A stretch of 64,000 nt of DNA from Pocillopora damicornis. Lineage: Eukaryota. Made by a program: the position numbers and the translations under genes. Every line of letters starts with the position of its first letter. Position 1 is the first letter of the stretch. Below the pieces are notes generated by a model. That model was not told where the DNA came from. It searched no databases and was given only the letters and a program-made list of their open reading frames with translations. Of the stretch, positions 1 through 13,394 are shown one piece after another. The DNA lies in the NCBI RefSeq assembly GCF_003704095.1, contig NW_020846178.1, positions 620,001 to 684,000 on the forward strand, written 5' to 3'.

Positions 1-123
1 CAATCAAGAGCATCATTAGTTGGTGATCATCTCCCTTATTCTCCTTTCCTAAATGTGTGATTTGGGTTTAAAATTGTGAGGAGAGATTAGATACTGGTGG
101 CTCCTCTCTTAGAAGGTAAAGGA
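1..123. mobile_element. Fragment of a MITE-like interspersed repeat
   Basis: Resembles from memory a common coral repeat (TAACCCTTTAAC...ATCTAATTTCTCCTTACAAT...GATCACCAACTAA...CTCTTGATTG), in reverse orientation. A related fragment lies near 51975-52015. Not database-checked. Confidence 0.5.
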
Positions 124-341
124 TCCAGCTGCCGTACAATTCTTTGTAAATCAGCCAGCAGAAGAATTTGCTATTACATCGCGATATCGCCTTCCAACGG
201 AAAATTTTGTCTTTTGTGCAATCTTTCTGTCTAATGTGCAGATCGCGTCACCACAATCTCGATTTGAACACCACGTGTATCAAATGAGTAAGGAATTTTC
301 CTAAGGGAACTTTGTATCAGTATTCTGTAAGTTTTTTTTAC

Positions 342-1252
342 CTTAAGTTGGACTCCAAATCTACTCGAGTTTCCATATGTTAAGTTAATCTTTTGCCACA
401 GAGTCTTGTTACAGTACTTCGGGACAGTGTCGTTGATCAGTTTCGCGGTATTTTCAATTTTTTGCAGAGTGGAAACTTTGCACAGTGTTTGATTGTATAT
501 TATTAAGAATCCTACATAACCTGAAGATTAAAACAAAAAAAAAGCTAGATCAGATAAATTTCGTTTTTGAGATGTAGTAATAAAATACACCAAACACGAA
601 GAAATTTGCATCGTCTGAAGAGGTAGAGAGCTCGAGGTTTCAATTTCGAACACTCATTTCTGTAAGCCACCGATACAGCAAATGAACAGATTACTAAAAT
701 TTGGCTTCGTTTTGTATCAACAATGAAACGAATATAAACAAGGCTGGGATCGATTGTCACGGACTGCTAAACCTGAAGTCAATGAGATTTTTGTGCTAAG
801 TTATTCAAGATACACTGAACGTGACGCATCTCGTCAACGCGCTATATAATAGTAAATATAATGAGATGATTGAATGTACCTCACAAATTCTAATTAAACA
901 TTTCCGTTATAGGCTGCTAATCTTTAATTACGGATTCTTTTTGCTCCGCAAGGGCAAATTCTTTCTGCTCCGCAAGGGCACATTGCTCATCAGATGGAAT
1001 CGAGAAATCAATTACAAATTTTAAAATCTAGAACTTACTTTTTCCCAGTTTGAAATTATGAACCTCAAACGTGACTGTAGAATCATTCATGAAACAGTGG
1101 ATGTTGCCACAACTGGTATCCTCTGCAGCAGGACATAAAAGCTTCTTACATCTTCTCTCCGTATCAGTTCCAACTGCACTCACATCGCAAACTAACATTG
1201 TAGCCATGGAACTTAAAACTATAATGATTAGGGCTTTAAGTTGTACAAACAT
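342..1252 (-). CDS. Partial gene (3' end beyond the left edge): signal-peptide-bearing, heavily N-glycosylated secreted or membrane protein; exons 1252-1039 and 520-342
   Basis: Exon 1 has a hydrophobic N-terminus (MFVQLKALIIIVLSSMATMLVCDVSA) and ends at the donor AAA A|GTAAGT (phase 1). Exon 2 follows a T-rich tract and TCTTCAG, is open in phase 1 (SYVGFLIIYNQTLCKVST...NLTYGNSSRFGVQLK) and ends AAG|GTAAAA. Six N-x-S/T sequons are present. Confidence 0.7.
934..981. repeat. 24-bp tandem duplication
   Basis: ATTCTTTTTGCTCCGCAAGGGCAA followed by ATTCTTTCTGCTCCGCAAGGGCAC. Confidence 0.9.
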
Positions 1253-1879
1253 AATGTTTTGTACGTAGGAGAACCGGAAGGCGCTGTGAAATGCCCCCTT
1301 CCACCGACCCGAAGTTTGCTCAACGAAGACGAAACCGAAATATTTTAATAAGTTCCTGCTAATGCTGGTATCATGGCTATAACTTTCGATTACCGTTAGA
1401 AACTAAAATTCCAACTGAAACATAATTTATTTCCTTTGTCTAAAGAAATCTAAATCTAATTTAGGACAGTATGGAAAATATTAATGTTAACTTGAGAGGC
1501 GCGAAATGTTAATATTCGGATCAGGTTTGAGCTGAAATCGGGAACTAAGGAAAATTGCAGGAAGTGGGCTGCACACTCCATCAGAAAAGTTCCTCGAAGT
1601 ATTCTCCCGTTTTCCAGATTACAGAAGTGTGGGAGAACCTTAGCGATTCTGACTCAAAGTATTTAAGGGGGATCGGAAGACCCTGGAACGGTTGTTGTCG
1701 CAGACAACTTTCATCCGTCAATAAAGAATACTGTTAGAAATAATAGAGAAAAAAAGAGAGTTTATTCCTTTCGGTAGTATTAATTATAAATTGGTTTCAA
1801 CATTGCTGATTACCGAAGAGCACACGTGTATGTCAGTTGTTAACCTATTCCCGCCGATTCTTGCCGGTCCTCGCCGATA

Positions 1880-2035
1880 TCCGCCTTATTGTAGCGACCT
1901 TTGTCCTGATTTCGTCTCCAAAAGGTCTTGTTATATTCTTGGTCCTTCTAAAAACTTCTCCTTACCTCGTGCTCGAACTGATAGGTACAAAAAACCGTTT
2001 CTATTTTCAACTAAACAATGGTGCAACGAAATAAA
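1880..2035 (+). mobile_element. 3' end remnant of a CR1/L2-type LINE ORF2
   Basis: The translation DLCPDFVSKRSCYILGPSKNFSLPRARTDRYKKPFLFST resembles the LINE C-terminal pattern Y.LR....LP..RT.RYK.SF. Confidence 0.6.
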
Positions 2036-2666
2036 TATAAAAATGCTAAACCGTCCGAAGAATACAATATCATCAGAGCAAATTATTTAACCGGGAAAAA
2101 ACTTCAGAAATTTCATCTGTAAGCGAAGCAAAACAATAAAATAAAATGGGAAGTGTGTTTTTTGAATAACTTAAATCAAACTAGCGCCGAAATTTGGGGG
2201 CGGAACAGAATCATGCTGTGATGAATTTTTACAATGAACGAAAATAAAAGAAGCAAATCTAGCCAGTGCTGAAACTTACAAAATGCTTCTACAGATTTGT
2301 TATCTATTTAAAAAAAAAAACACGGGTTAAGAGATATTTGTTTCAGACAACTTAAATCTTAATTAATCACAATAAAATATTTCTCGATACGCCGCGTGAG
2401 CCTGGCTATAACTGAAGCTACTGATCAAAAAATCTACGTACATAACAGGATAGATTTCTGATCTTCGTTAACTGATTACGTTTACCATAAAATGTACTGA
2501 GCGGAGGATACTGAACTGGTGTATTGGACCTCGCAATTATTTGTTACGTGCCTAAATTCATACAGTCAGATAAGTACGAAACATAATATAAGAAGAGGTT
2601 ACACATAAAGATGATGTTGACAACTTTAACATGCAATACTACCAAATAAGAAGCTTCGTGGCTGTT

Positions 2667-5165
2667 CTAACGTGCTTTTATCTTAAGGTATATCATATCT
2701 TTTGGCGCCATTAGAATTACCGCCCGGTGCTCCAGCGTAGCCACGGTTTCTGGAGCGCACTCAAATTTGAATCGTTGCAAGATCTTCAACAGGGCGACTT
2801 TAATCTCCAATAGGGCAAAACGCATCCCGAGGCAATGACGCGGGCCAGTTCCGAATGGAATGAAGGAATACGGGTTCCGTTTTTCTTTTGCTTCAGGGGA
2901 GAAATTCTCAGGGTTAAACTGCAGTGGATTCTTCCACACCTCTGGGTCCCGGTGCAGCACGTATGACGGGATGTTGACTTCAACTCCCTTTGGAAACCGG
3001 ATGCCTTTGTAGACCACTTCTTCTTCACAGCCACGAACAAGATTAAAGGCTGGAGAACAGAGGCGTAGGACCTCGGAGATGACTTGATCCAGGTACCCGA
3101 GTTTTTGGACATGGTCATAAAGAGAAGAGTTGTTACGGGCCATCTCTACTTCTGCTTTGTCGATCTCCTCAATGAGCTTATCCTGAACCGCTGGATTGGT
3201 AGCAAGGAGGTAAGCTGTGCTTGTTAAAGTGCTACCGGTTGTCTCGAAGCCGGCCACCAAGAAAGTGATAGACTGGGCCATGATTTCATCGTCGTTCAAC
3301 TTGCTGACTCCATCGACGATGTTCTCCTGTGCTTCCATCATAAGCTCCACTAAGTCTTTCTTTGCAGTAGGACCTTTCTTGGCCCTCTTTTGAAGCATTT
3401 CTTTTGCTATGGAAATAAAATATTCAACATTTTGGAGGATGCTGAAGTAACGGCTGAAGTAGGTCCAGAAGGGAAACAAAGAGAACACTCTTATAACCAC
3501 TGGTGTTTTAAAGACGTTGTTGGCTTTTTCGACAAATTCTGGATCTGGATTCATTTGAACGTCGCTGTCAAATCCAAAGGCTGCTTTCATGATCACCTCT
3601 AAGGCAAAGAGACTAAACAGACGGTTGACATCCACTGATTCACCTGGAAGATTTATAAAGGACAATGAAATTAACGATCAGTGCAACATCAATTAAAGCT
3701 GAAGAGGAAGCTGTAACCTGCAAATAAGGCGGTCCGCACCCTTCCCGAGCCCCGCTCACTGAAATATCACTCACTCACCGGCTGATCTCAAACGCAAATT
3801 TTTAACACGTTACACGGAACAGCATTAAGGCACCTTTGTTGAGTTAATTACGCCGGTCAATTCTTAGCGCAATATAAAAATTCTGGAAACAATGTAACTG
3901 GTTTTCGAACGGCTTTCACAACCTTGCTACTTGTTGCCGGAAAGGAATGTCGAATTTCGAAAAAAATCAGACAGTGCATTTTTAACGCAGAGATGTTGCG
4001 TTGAAATCGGCTCATCGTTAAGTACCGACTTGAGTCAGCCTAAAAGTTGCGTGACCTCGCTTTTAAAAGACACTTATAACTTCGGGCAGGTTCAGACGTG
4101 TAATGATAATGAAGCTGAACGCATCATTGGTTATACAGGTTTGGACGTGTTATTCAAATGAGGCTGACATGAGCATATCATTGCATTTCCTACAAGTTCA
4201 GGCCTGTCCTTACCGTGAATAAACAAATCAACTGCCCACACAAAAATAAGTACCAAGATTCCGAAGCCGAGAAGAAACTCTTATTTCGAAAGAAAAATAA
4301 TGGTGTGAGCAAAACGAGAACAATAAACCGTCCCTTTCGTGTGAGTTGGTAACCCCTCGTCAGGGCAAATTCTATTTCGATCCATCCAAACAAAAGAGGC
4401 CATTGAAAGCAACCTGACCTACAGACGTCGTGATCAAACAGGCTGAAAGATTGTATCAAAGAAATAAATTTTCTCAGCGTCTCAAGTATTCGCTCTCAAG
4501 AAAATTTCTGATCGAGAAAACAAAATTGCTAACTTAAAAAAGTCTTCATGAAGGAAAGTTGATCTACGACAGTTGGATACTAGTTTCATTTAAGGCTTGG
4601 CGGCATTCCCGTTATTACGTAACTCTATGAATACACCCAAAATGTCAGACTTACCGGTTTCGGCAAACTTTTCCATTTTGGCCATAAGCTTTTGCGAGGC
4701 ATCGTCTATAATCGGCACAATCTCTTTCAGTTTGCTCGCTGTAAACGTTGGAGCCACTGTAGTGCGAATGCGCTTCCATTTGCCGTTCTCCGCTTGGAAC
4801 AGTCCTGAATCCAATGGAGGATTCGGTTTAATGAAGGTAGGTCGATTTGGGAACTTATAAAAGTCCTTGACCAAAATTTGCTTGACAATTTCAGGATCGC
4901 TTACAACAATAACTGGTGTGCGACCAAAACACATCGTATGTACTCGTCCGTACTTGCGGAAATAGTTTAAGAACATCTTATGTATACCTCCATATTTAAA
5001 GATATCGAGGAGGTTGCCTATCCATGGCCATACTTTTGGGCCCCGCAAAGGAGAGCCACCAAGAATCGAATTATAACGACTGAGACCTTGCCAGTAGATG
5101 AACGTCAGAACGCTTAAGATTACCGCCAACCAGGTGTAACTGTTAGAGCTTTCAACGGCAGCCAT
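2667..5165 (-). CDS. Cytochrome P450, clan 3 (CYP3A/CYP5-like), ~495 aa; exons 5165-4655 and 3643-2667
   Basis: N-terminal membrane anchor and Pro-rich hinge (GPKVWPWIGNL), WxxxR (WKRIR), I-helix AGFETT, K-helix EVLR, PERF-like FNPENF, haem motif FGTGPRHCLG. The phase-1 intron G|GTAAGT...CTTCCAG|GT joins the two ORFs in frame. Confidence 0.95.
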
Positions 5166-5177
5166 GATTAAGGGTGT

Positions 5178-5196
5178 TCTCTCTCTCTCTCTCTCT
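5178..5196. repeat. (CT)n microsatellite just upstream of the P450 start codon
   Basis: TCTCTCTCTCTCTCTCTCT lies ~13 nt 5' of the ATG on the minus strand. Confidence 0.9.
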
Positions 5197-6666
5197 TCGT
5201 CAAAGCAAAATGTATCGGTACCACGTGTGAACCTCTAATTTCAGATGGTTTTGACAATTGCTTTGAACACTGTAGGCATTGCTTTGAGTCCTTGTTTCTA
5301 TTGTTCTTTTGTTCACATCGCCAATCATGACAACCAATAATATGAAGTCAGCCGCAATTAGGCGCGTGACAATATGATAACGTTACAGCTGTTCCACGGC
5401 TCAGTGGGCGAACACTTGGACTCTTCCACCCATTTGCCTTCACAGTGACCTCCCCCAGTAGAAAGTTTTTTTGTAGATCGTTACGTACCCTTCCTTATTG
5501 CGAGAATAATCCTTTACCTTCTTTGTTTTATTGCTCAATGAAAAGGGCTTCCAATGAAGTTGTGTCACTCTCTGCCCTCCGAGTCGGATCCGGTTTATTT
5601 GATCCATATAATATTATGACTATCTCACCTCTTCGCGCCAAATCCTCCGGACCTTTGATCAAGTGAAACTTTGTTGACGATTTTAATTCGTAGCCGCGAA
5701 TAATTCTCTTGACATTTTCAAAATCATAGATATATCTGTAATTTTTGGAGAAGATAAAATCAAAAGTCACCACCTTTTTTTTTAACGGCGAGTTAGTTAC
5801 GACGGAGGTCATCGTATCGAGACATGAAAGAAACTCAATATTTAGCATTACAACTTCCGGAACGTTCCTATCGTTACGAACTTTCGTAACGCAACACCAA
5901 TGCGCGTGACCTTCTTTTGGTCGATGTTAACTTTACGCGACTGTTGTTCGAAATGTGTTCTTTGGCGAGACGCGTAACTCTTACAATGCCTGTCTTCACC
6001 CAAGAGTATAAACATGTAAAGATTAACCATCAGAGAAAGCAGACACAAAGCTCGAAAAAAGGAGCTACGGCGTGGCTACCCAGCTCGTTTACAATTGAAA
6101 CGTTTTGTTTCCTTGTAGCCCGAGATTTGCGTCAGGAAAATGCTACACTCACCGAAAATAGCATGAAACTGCATTTTGCTGAAGATTTATTTGTAGAACT
6201 TTCTATTGTCAGAATGATCGTTACACATGACTCCTAAAAATAATATACAACACGGCACCAGTTTTTTTCTCGGCTACATTCGATCAACAAGCGTTCTCAT
6301 AGGTCTTTTTCAATTTGTGAAACCGTCTATGTGGGGGTAGTGGTAAGGAGGGTATGAATACCTAAAGCTTCTCCCTCTCCACCCCAAGGTGGTGACTAGT
6401 TACAAGACACGTTTGGTTGCACCTCACTGTACTCAATTAACCAGTTTCTTGTATCAACTGAAACCAATGAATATTCGAAAATTGTTAGAGCGAGATACTA
6501 TACAAAGCACAAATTGACTGTATTCTCCTAAAAAGTCTGACATATCTTAAGAAATAAATTAAAATATACCGCGAAAAAAATGCTGACCAGCAAAGCTCTA
6601 AAGTGTTTCGCATTACCAGAAAAACACCATTGTTTTTAAAGTCAAATAATCGTCAAGAAGCCATCT

Positions 6667-9600
6667 TTAAACGAGAGAAACAGATGGATATAGTTTTTTC
6701 TCCTGCGTTTTTTCGGATTCTTCCAGCACGTAGTAAAAAGGTGATTGATTCTCTGTTTCATCGGTGGCTTCTCCGAATGCGCTGTCGCTGTCGCCACAGT
6801 CAGAGTCCACGACAAACTCTAAACCGCTGAGTCTGCCTTCAGACGAGTCGTCATGTATGTCTTCATGAAGAGTATCAGACTCGAGGAGCATGTTTTCATT
6901 TTTTTCAATGATATCGAGTTCACCTCCTTGATCTTCAACATAAGTGTCACCTTTATGAAGTGAATCTGTACCGTGAACTTTTTGGTCCTCCCCGTCATAA
7001 AATTGTAACGACGATAACGACAACAATGATGAAGAACATGCAGTTATCTCGGTCGCATTGGCCATTTCTTTCCTCTGTAGCGACGGAGACGGAAGTGATG
7101 GACACGTAACTGTCAAATCCGCTGTTTTTGTCTCGTCGCGAGAACATTTCTCCTCAGGCTCTTTCTGTATCTTTTCCCGCACGGTTGCATAATCACATGG
7201 CGCATTTGAAGGCGCTGCAGAAGACTTACTGTCATTTGATGACGGGAATGATATTCTTCTTGTCATCATAAAGTCTTCTTGATGCGAAGTTGCATTTCGA
7301 GCACTGACTAAATTCTGGTATATGGAGTAGGAATACCGTCTTGGCCCTGGATTATTCTTGACGCTACGCAAGCTTTCGTATAAGTTGTAGCCAGGTTGAT
7401 AGACAGTTGCATAAGGTGACACAACAGTGACTGAGGGGGGTCTTGAGGGGCTAAGGGTTGACACTTGCACCAAAACGAGGCCTCTATCGTGACCCCGTTC
7501 ATACGTGGGATTTGCTGCAAAGGACATAAACACAGATTACAATGACTTGGCTATAGACAGCGTTGACGTGAGAGACTTCAGAGCCTTAAAACACATTATT
7601 TTGAAATCAGTGAGTGATTTTACTTTAAACAATTTACTGATTCACTTTATCTTTGATTTGTTTTGATTGTGGCAAGGTAACAATTATGTGATCATCAAAA
7701 GACAAAATAAAAGTCTTAATACTTATGTTGGATCGCATCGTGAATAATTTTTTCCCAACCGGTTGTAACGCAAAGCTCTTCATTTTTTTGCCTTAAAATT
7801 ACTCATACGAATAATTATCTTTTAGGTCTACTTTAAATTGTCTAATGAGTAACAATGTTAAGAACTTAAAATTCAAAATACGTTTTATACATACCTACGC
7901 TTTTTCTTGATCTATGCCATTTCCTTCTGAAACCGAAATAAAAATGGAACAAAAATGAGGGAGGAGACCCTGAGGAAAACTAAACAGATACCTATAACAA
8001 CTAACGCTCGTGTTTAACAGTCAAAACAAAAATTTAAATAAATTTAATTTCTGCAGTAAACCCACCAACAACAACGCAGTTGCTCTAAAATTTGTCCTCC
8101 CTAAATCTGAAAGTCGATATCGAATTTGTTTTCTATTTTGATAATCAACGAAGCTTTCACAAGTTCAACTATGGGGAAGGGGAGGGGGGCTTTATTCCCA
8201 ATGGAGCAAGTGACCTAATTGAGTGATAGCCTCGAAGCTAGCGGAGATCATTGGATCATAAATGAAACTCTAGCAGAAATGCACTAATAGCATTTAGGAG
8301 TGAGTTAACTTACTGGTGATTCGATCTGCCGTAGAGTACAAATCCAGTCAGACACAGAAGAACTACGAGAAGGCTGGTGACCCCAGCGCATAACAAGATC
8401 ATATACCGCAGATTCGGTGAATCATTGAGCGAGTTCATCTCAGCTTCCGTCGTGACGAGGTCTGTAACTGAAGACTGACTTACATAACTTTGCTGTGTTG
8501 TTGCTAATTGAATTATCGTAATAGTTAAGTTTCTCGTAATTTCTTTCGACGGAGTTAAGTTTGTTTGATGTGGTTGCAGCGACCCTATAGGGAAAAAAAG
8601 ATAAAGCATTTAGAGCACTCAACTCAGAACTTTTTGCGTTTTCCTGAGGGAAAGCCCCGACAGAAAATTTGAATGTTTCAGTTTGATAGTTAACAAAGCT
8701 ATCGTTGGTTCAGCCATGGAGGGTGTTGTTCTCAATGAAGAATGTGAGTAAACAATTACACACACAGCACTTCATTATTTACATCGCTCTGTCATTAAAT
8801 CTGTACTTACATATGCGCGAACCGCCAACTTTGAAGAGTACGCAGGAGCTGACTTGTTCAGGAGGAGGAAACCCTCTCAATCTAACATCCAGGCTCGACC
8901 TGGCGAGGCAAGTGGCTTGAAATGACAGAATGAGCCCGCTGTATCTTGAGACATTAGAGATCAGCTGTGAAAATAAATGAAAAAGAACCAGATCAATAAT
9001 AAGATGCAATATGGGTTGCATTAATATTCGCTAAATTAGTTAAAAGAGACATTAGTATTCTTTTTTGGTCTTCAACCAAATTTAGCGATATCAATCGTAT
9101 CGCTATTGACTAATCAATCGTACTGCAGACAAGTCGATGTTAATTTATGCACCTACTCACGATGGTTCGAGTTGGTGCATGAATACTTCGAGTGGGTTTA
9201 TCGTTAACCACAAGTTTTTAAGTCTCGGCGAAATCATGAGCACATGGAAATTTAGGCAAGCATTCTTTCTTATCTTGGTTTTTACTGCATTAATTATTGG
9301 GGGAGTACTTGTGATAGGAAGGGTTTTCTGTCCGACAGAGCACCTTAAATTGTTCGTTTTTAACCTGCTTGAAAATAACTGCTGCAAATGTGTGACCTTT
9401 TGTAGGCAACAGGGATAGCACACTCAATGCCAATGTTACCCGTTCTGATCTCAACGATATCTGGGTTCTAAATTAATTACCTACCATATCAAAAATGTTT
9501 TCCAAAGATAACGTATTGTCCTCGATACTTGCTAAATCTCCTCTTGGATTCAATCTCCACAGTTCCCTCCATCGTCCGGCCTTACTGTACGACAGGATCC

Positions 9601-11031
9601 TGGGGTGAACTTTACAGCTGGAGAGCTCTTGAGTGGGTTCCTTTGTACATAATGAATAGCTTCTGGCGTTAGAGATGTTGGTAGATAACGTTGAGATGAA
9701 CGACTCGTGGCAGTTGGGAGGATGATGACCATTTTCAACGCCCAGATGAAACTTGCAAACTACAAAGGGAAATGAAACATGTCTCATCTTATCTCCCCCT
9801 GAATAGCCCGTATTCCAGGCCTTCACTCAGTAATACGAAGCGCGATATTTGTAAAGAGGTGAAAAAGACGAGAGAGATCTGGGTCGAGTAACCAGACCCA
9901 AACCTCTCGTTCAAACCCTAGACTAAACAAAGCAATTTATGGACACCACACAGGGTTTGGAGGACTTCCGCTTTCGTCTTAAAGTTGTTTGCAGAGAAGA
10001 ACGAATCACCGACAAAAGAATCCTATTATAATGGGACTTGACCAACGCTGTATTGAAACACAACATGTCTTTCGTTGATGATGAAATAAATAAACATGAA
10101 GATATAATATTGATTAGAAAACTATGTTTCATTGCTTTTCATCCAGCCAGCAGCAAGATGCGCAAAATAAATAAATAAATAATAATGATAATGGTAACTC
10201 ATTTCGGGAATTCCTTAGGCAGAGGGGACGATGAAAGAAGGCCGCCGATTAACGCGACATCAAGGATCTGAACTTTAAGGTCGTTCACTGTTTTCCTTTC
10301 ATTCCTGTAAGCTTCGAAACCACCGAGATTTAACCTTCTTTTTCGGTTGTTGTTTCAGATACATGTGGTTTAAAATTTCGTGGATAACATTAAAATTATA
10401 TTTTTTTAAGGCAGGATATAAACTATGTCCTATTCTGTGATAAGGTAAACTCGCTTTAAGCAGGTAAATATAGTCGTGACATTGTTACACATTAGCCGGA
10501 AATGGCGTCATCGAATAACAGATAGATTTGTGGTTTCGCTGCGTCTATATTGTATTCATGTAGGGAGGTATGGCGAAGAATCCTCTAGAATCGTAGAGAA
10601 AAGATGTAATGCTACCAAATTAAAACTTAATTAAGGCTGCATTGGCCAAGTAATGGAAATTCTTACAGCAGAGGTTCGTAATACTGCCTACCTGACTTCG
10701 ACCCTCTGTGAAAATGCCGCGTGACATTCCTGTTGTTCACGCATTTTCCCTTCTGCCGTAGAAATGTTGGTTTTGAAGAAATACAACGGCAATGAACTTT
10801 CTCTTTAAAATCCAAACATGATATAGTATTCTGAACGCTGATCGCACCACGTTCGACACAAAATTCCTCTACTGTCTTTGGTTCCGTACAGAGGCCTTTC
10901 CCATCATCGTTCAAGACTTCAAATTCGTCCACGCCGCTTGAAAGTCGATTCACTTGAATTCTTTGCGCTTTGGCTGGATTGTCCGCAGAAAACGAGTGAA
11001 TAAAGATGAAAAGAAGATAGCTTAAATTCAT
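6667..11031 (-). CDS. Type I single-pass membrane protein with Cys-rich ectodomain (resembles the shavenoid-like N-terminal domain from memory), ~639 aa; exons 11031-10692, 9759-9485, 8964-8811, 8584-8314, 7926-7895, 7514-6667
   Basis: GCCATG start followed by a signal peptide (MNLSYLLFIFIHSFSA). Cys pattern R..G.DEF..C..C..C..CRC...PTF..C, then a Ser/Thr-rich stalk, TM helix YMILLCAGVTSLLVVLLCLTGFVLY, basic stop-transfer RKWHRSRK, NPTY, and C-terminus ...SVSLV*. All five introns are GT-AG with matching phases (1,0,1,2,1). Confidence 0.85.
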
Positions 11032-13394
11032 GGCAGCTATAAACTGGATAAAGACACAAAGAAGGCTTCAACGATGACGCCGAAAACACAATGATCGCTG
11101 ATGGAAAACCGCAAGGGAATCGAGTTTCCCACGGGGGAAGTGCCCACAGGTGTGCGTGTGTGGACAGGGGTGTGTCGGTGGAATCTCTAAATCCCTTTGG
11201 TTAAACCACGACAGTGTCCTCTAGATTAGATTTTGCTTTACACACAATGTCCTCACAACTTTCTGAGAAGCAGACATTAATCAAATATAGTGAGATTTTT
11301 ATGGTCTTTGACGAACGACAGACGGTCACCTATTTTAACAGCGGGGTTTCACGTAGCGATATGACTCAAACGCTTTCCGAACGTGACCTTTGGCAGAAAT
11401 GAGTAATAAGATTCGATTATCGTGCCAGTTTTAGGGTGTGCGTAGGCGTAGGGAGGATTTTTGCAGGCTTCTCAGCCGGATTTGATGAGATTAATAAATT
11501 TACCAAGTTTTTCCAGCAGGATTATGTTGTAAGCTTACCAAACCGTGAGTATCGCGAGTGTTTCGTCACCTTCCCCTCCCCACATAGTCTACTGTTAGTT
11601 TGTCACCTGAGACATTGTGCCAGTTACGCCAGCATTTTGGCTCACCGAGAAACAATGAAAAAAAGGGAACGAGCAAAAGGCGAAGTTGAAAAAAACCCCG
11701 GAAATCTTTTCCTGCACAGTCATCTTTCTTCCATCCCGGTAAAATCTCTTCTCCGGGCTCCCTCCCTCCTAGTACCAAAGTTGACTCACCACAGGCAGAC
11801 CATACTATGTGTCCGTGATCAATAATCAGCCTTGTCAATAATTTTTGACATGAGACGACCAAATTTATGAGGGTTACGATTAAAGCTTTGAAAATTGCAT
11901 ATCTAAATTACATCTCGGTCTGAATATCTCAATAAAGTTAAGTGAAATGTTATTCGAGCGGACGCATTTGTAGTATTTTTTTTCGCCTTCATGGGTCGTT
12001 TGAAATACCACAAATGCGTCGATCAACATTTCGTTTAACGTTATTGAGATATTCAGACCGAGATGGCAGGCCTGTCTACTCCGTGGCTTACATTTATAAA
12101 AGCAAACACGATAAATGTCTATCGTGAATCACATTAGGAAAGGATTACCTGCCAGCAACCCTAAGATTATTTCCTTTATGCACAAGAGTATTTTCATTCA
12201 GGGGAAAACAATATTAGGCATATCTGCTCATTATTTGTAACCAACCGAGAAACACCTAAGAACGAGGTTGAGATGTGAAAATCTCGCGCATGGGGAAGAT
12301 TTGCAACCCGCTTTTAGGCGAGAAATCCCACCGTTGACGTCGCCGCGCGGAACTTTGGAAGTGATACCCACGATTCGCGCCCCACACTCTCAGAGTTCCG
12401 CGCGGTGCGCCAACAAATTTATTTTGCTGAAACAGTCTTTTTGCTTTGCACGACGGAGGACAATTGTTTTTTGACAGAGTTTAATTCCGACTTTTGCATT
12501 AATGGTGATTCATCACAAACCGTCATTAAAAGCCTGTAAAAAAAGTGAACACTTAGTAACAAAGCTGGCAATCTTGGCGTTCTTAGTGCATAAGATCGGT
12601 CAGCTCGTCAAATGAAATGTTAAAATAACTGTAATGTTGACATAGCAATTTTAAATTTTGACATGTTATTTGAAGATGACGCTGGAAACCGCAAGTTAGG
12701 CGATAGATGCGTCGGTGAGCAAGTTGCATTTAAAGATTTTAAATTTGCGAAAGACGCAGTAACTGGGGCCATTCGGTGACAAATGTGCGTTTCCAATAGC
12801 TCTTATTTTAAATTCATATTTATAATAAAAGGTGATCTCTAGTTAGAATTTTCCTCTAAAAGCCCTTGCCTAAGGCCTGTAAAAGGCGGTTACATGTGTT
12901 TTTAACAGCTTGTAGCCTGAAAGCCGAAGTTTTTGTTTAAACAAGCGAGCCCTAGTTTTTAATCTAGATCGTTCTTCTAGGTTTTATCTTACACGAATTG
13001 TTCACTTAGCTCCGATCAAACGAACATCCGACAACATCATTTATATTGCTTTTGGACGTGTAATGATATCATTGTCAAGCGATATGACAAGCAATCATAT
13101 AGAACTTGCTAAAGCTTTTAGTTTGTTTCTCGGCGCAAAAAAAAAATCTCACATGGTTTTTCTGTATAACCTGAAATTGCATAAAAATGAAATAACAAAA
13201 TTGGAAAATTAAATTACAATGTTAAAAAGAAATGCTAAATGAATGCGTTACGATGATTCTTTTTAAAAGAAAGACTAAAACGTTATGTGGAAGTCAAGCA
13301 AAGAGAACACGTGATATATCACAATGAAGAAAATACATGTAGGCCAAACAAACATCATCTAAGACTTGAATTTCATTACCAGCTTTCATCTACC

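Noticed and set aside
545-772. Additional exon of the left-edge gene at the acceptor near 772
   Set aside because: All three frames following that acceptor hit early stops.
2667-5165. Thromboxane synthase (TBXAS1) call
   Set aside because: The I-helix retains the conserved Thr, and orthology cannot be assigned without a tree.
9157-9423. Extra coding exon in intron 2 of the receptor-like gene
   Set aside because: The candidate acceptors give a stop in the required phase 0, and exons 2 and 3 already join in frame.
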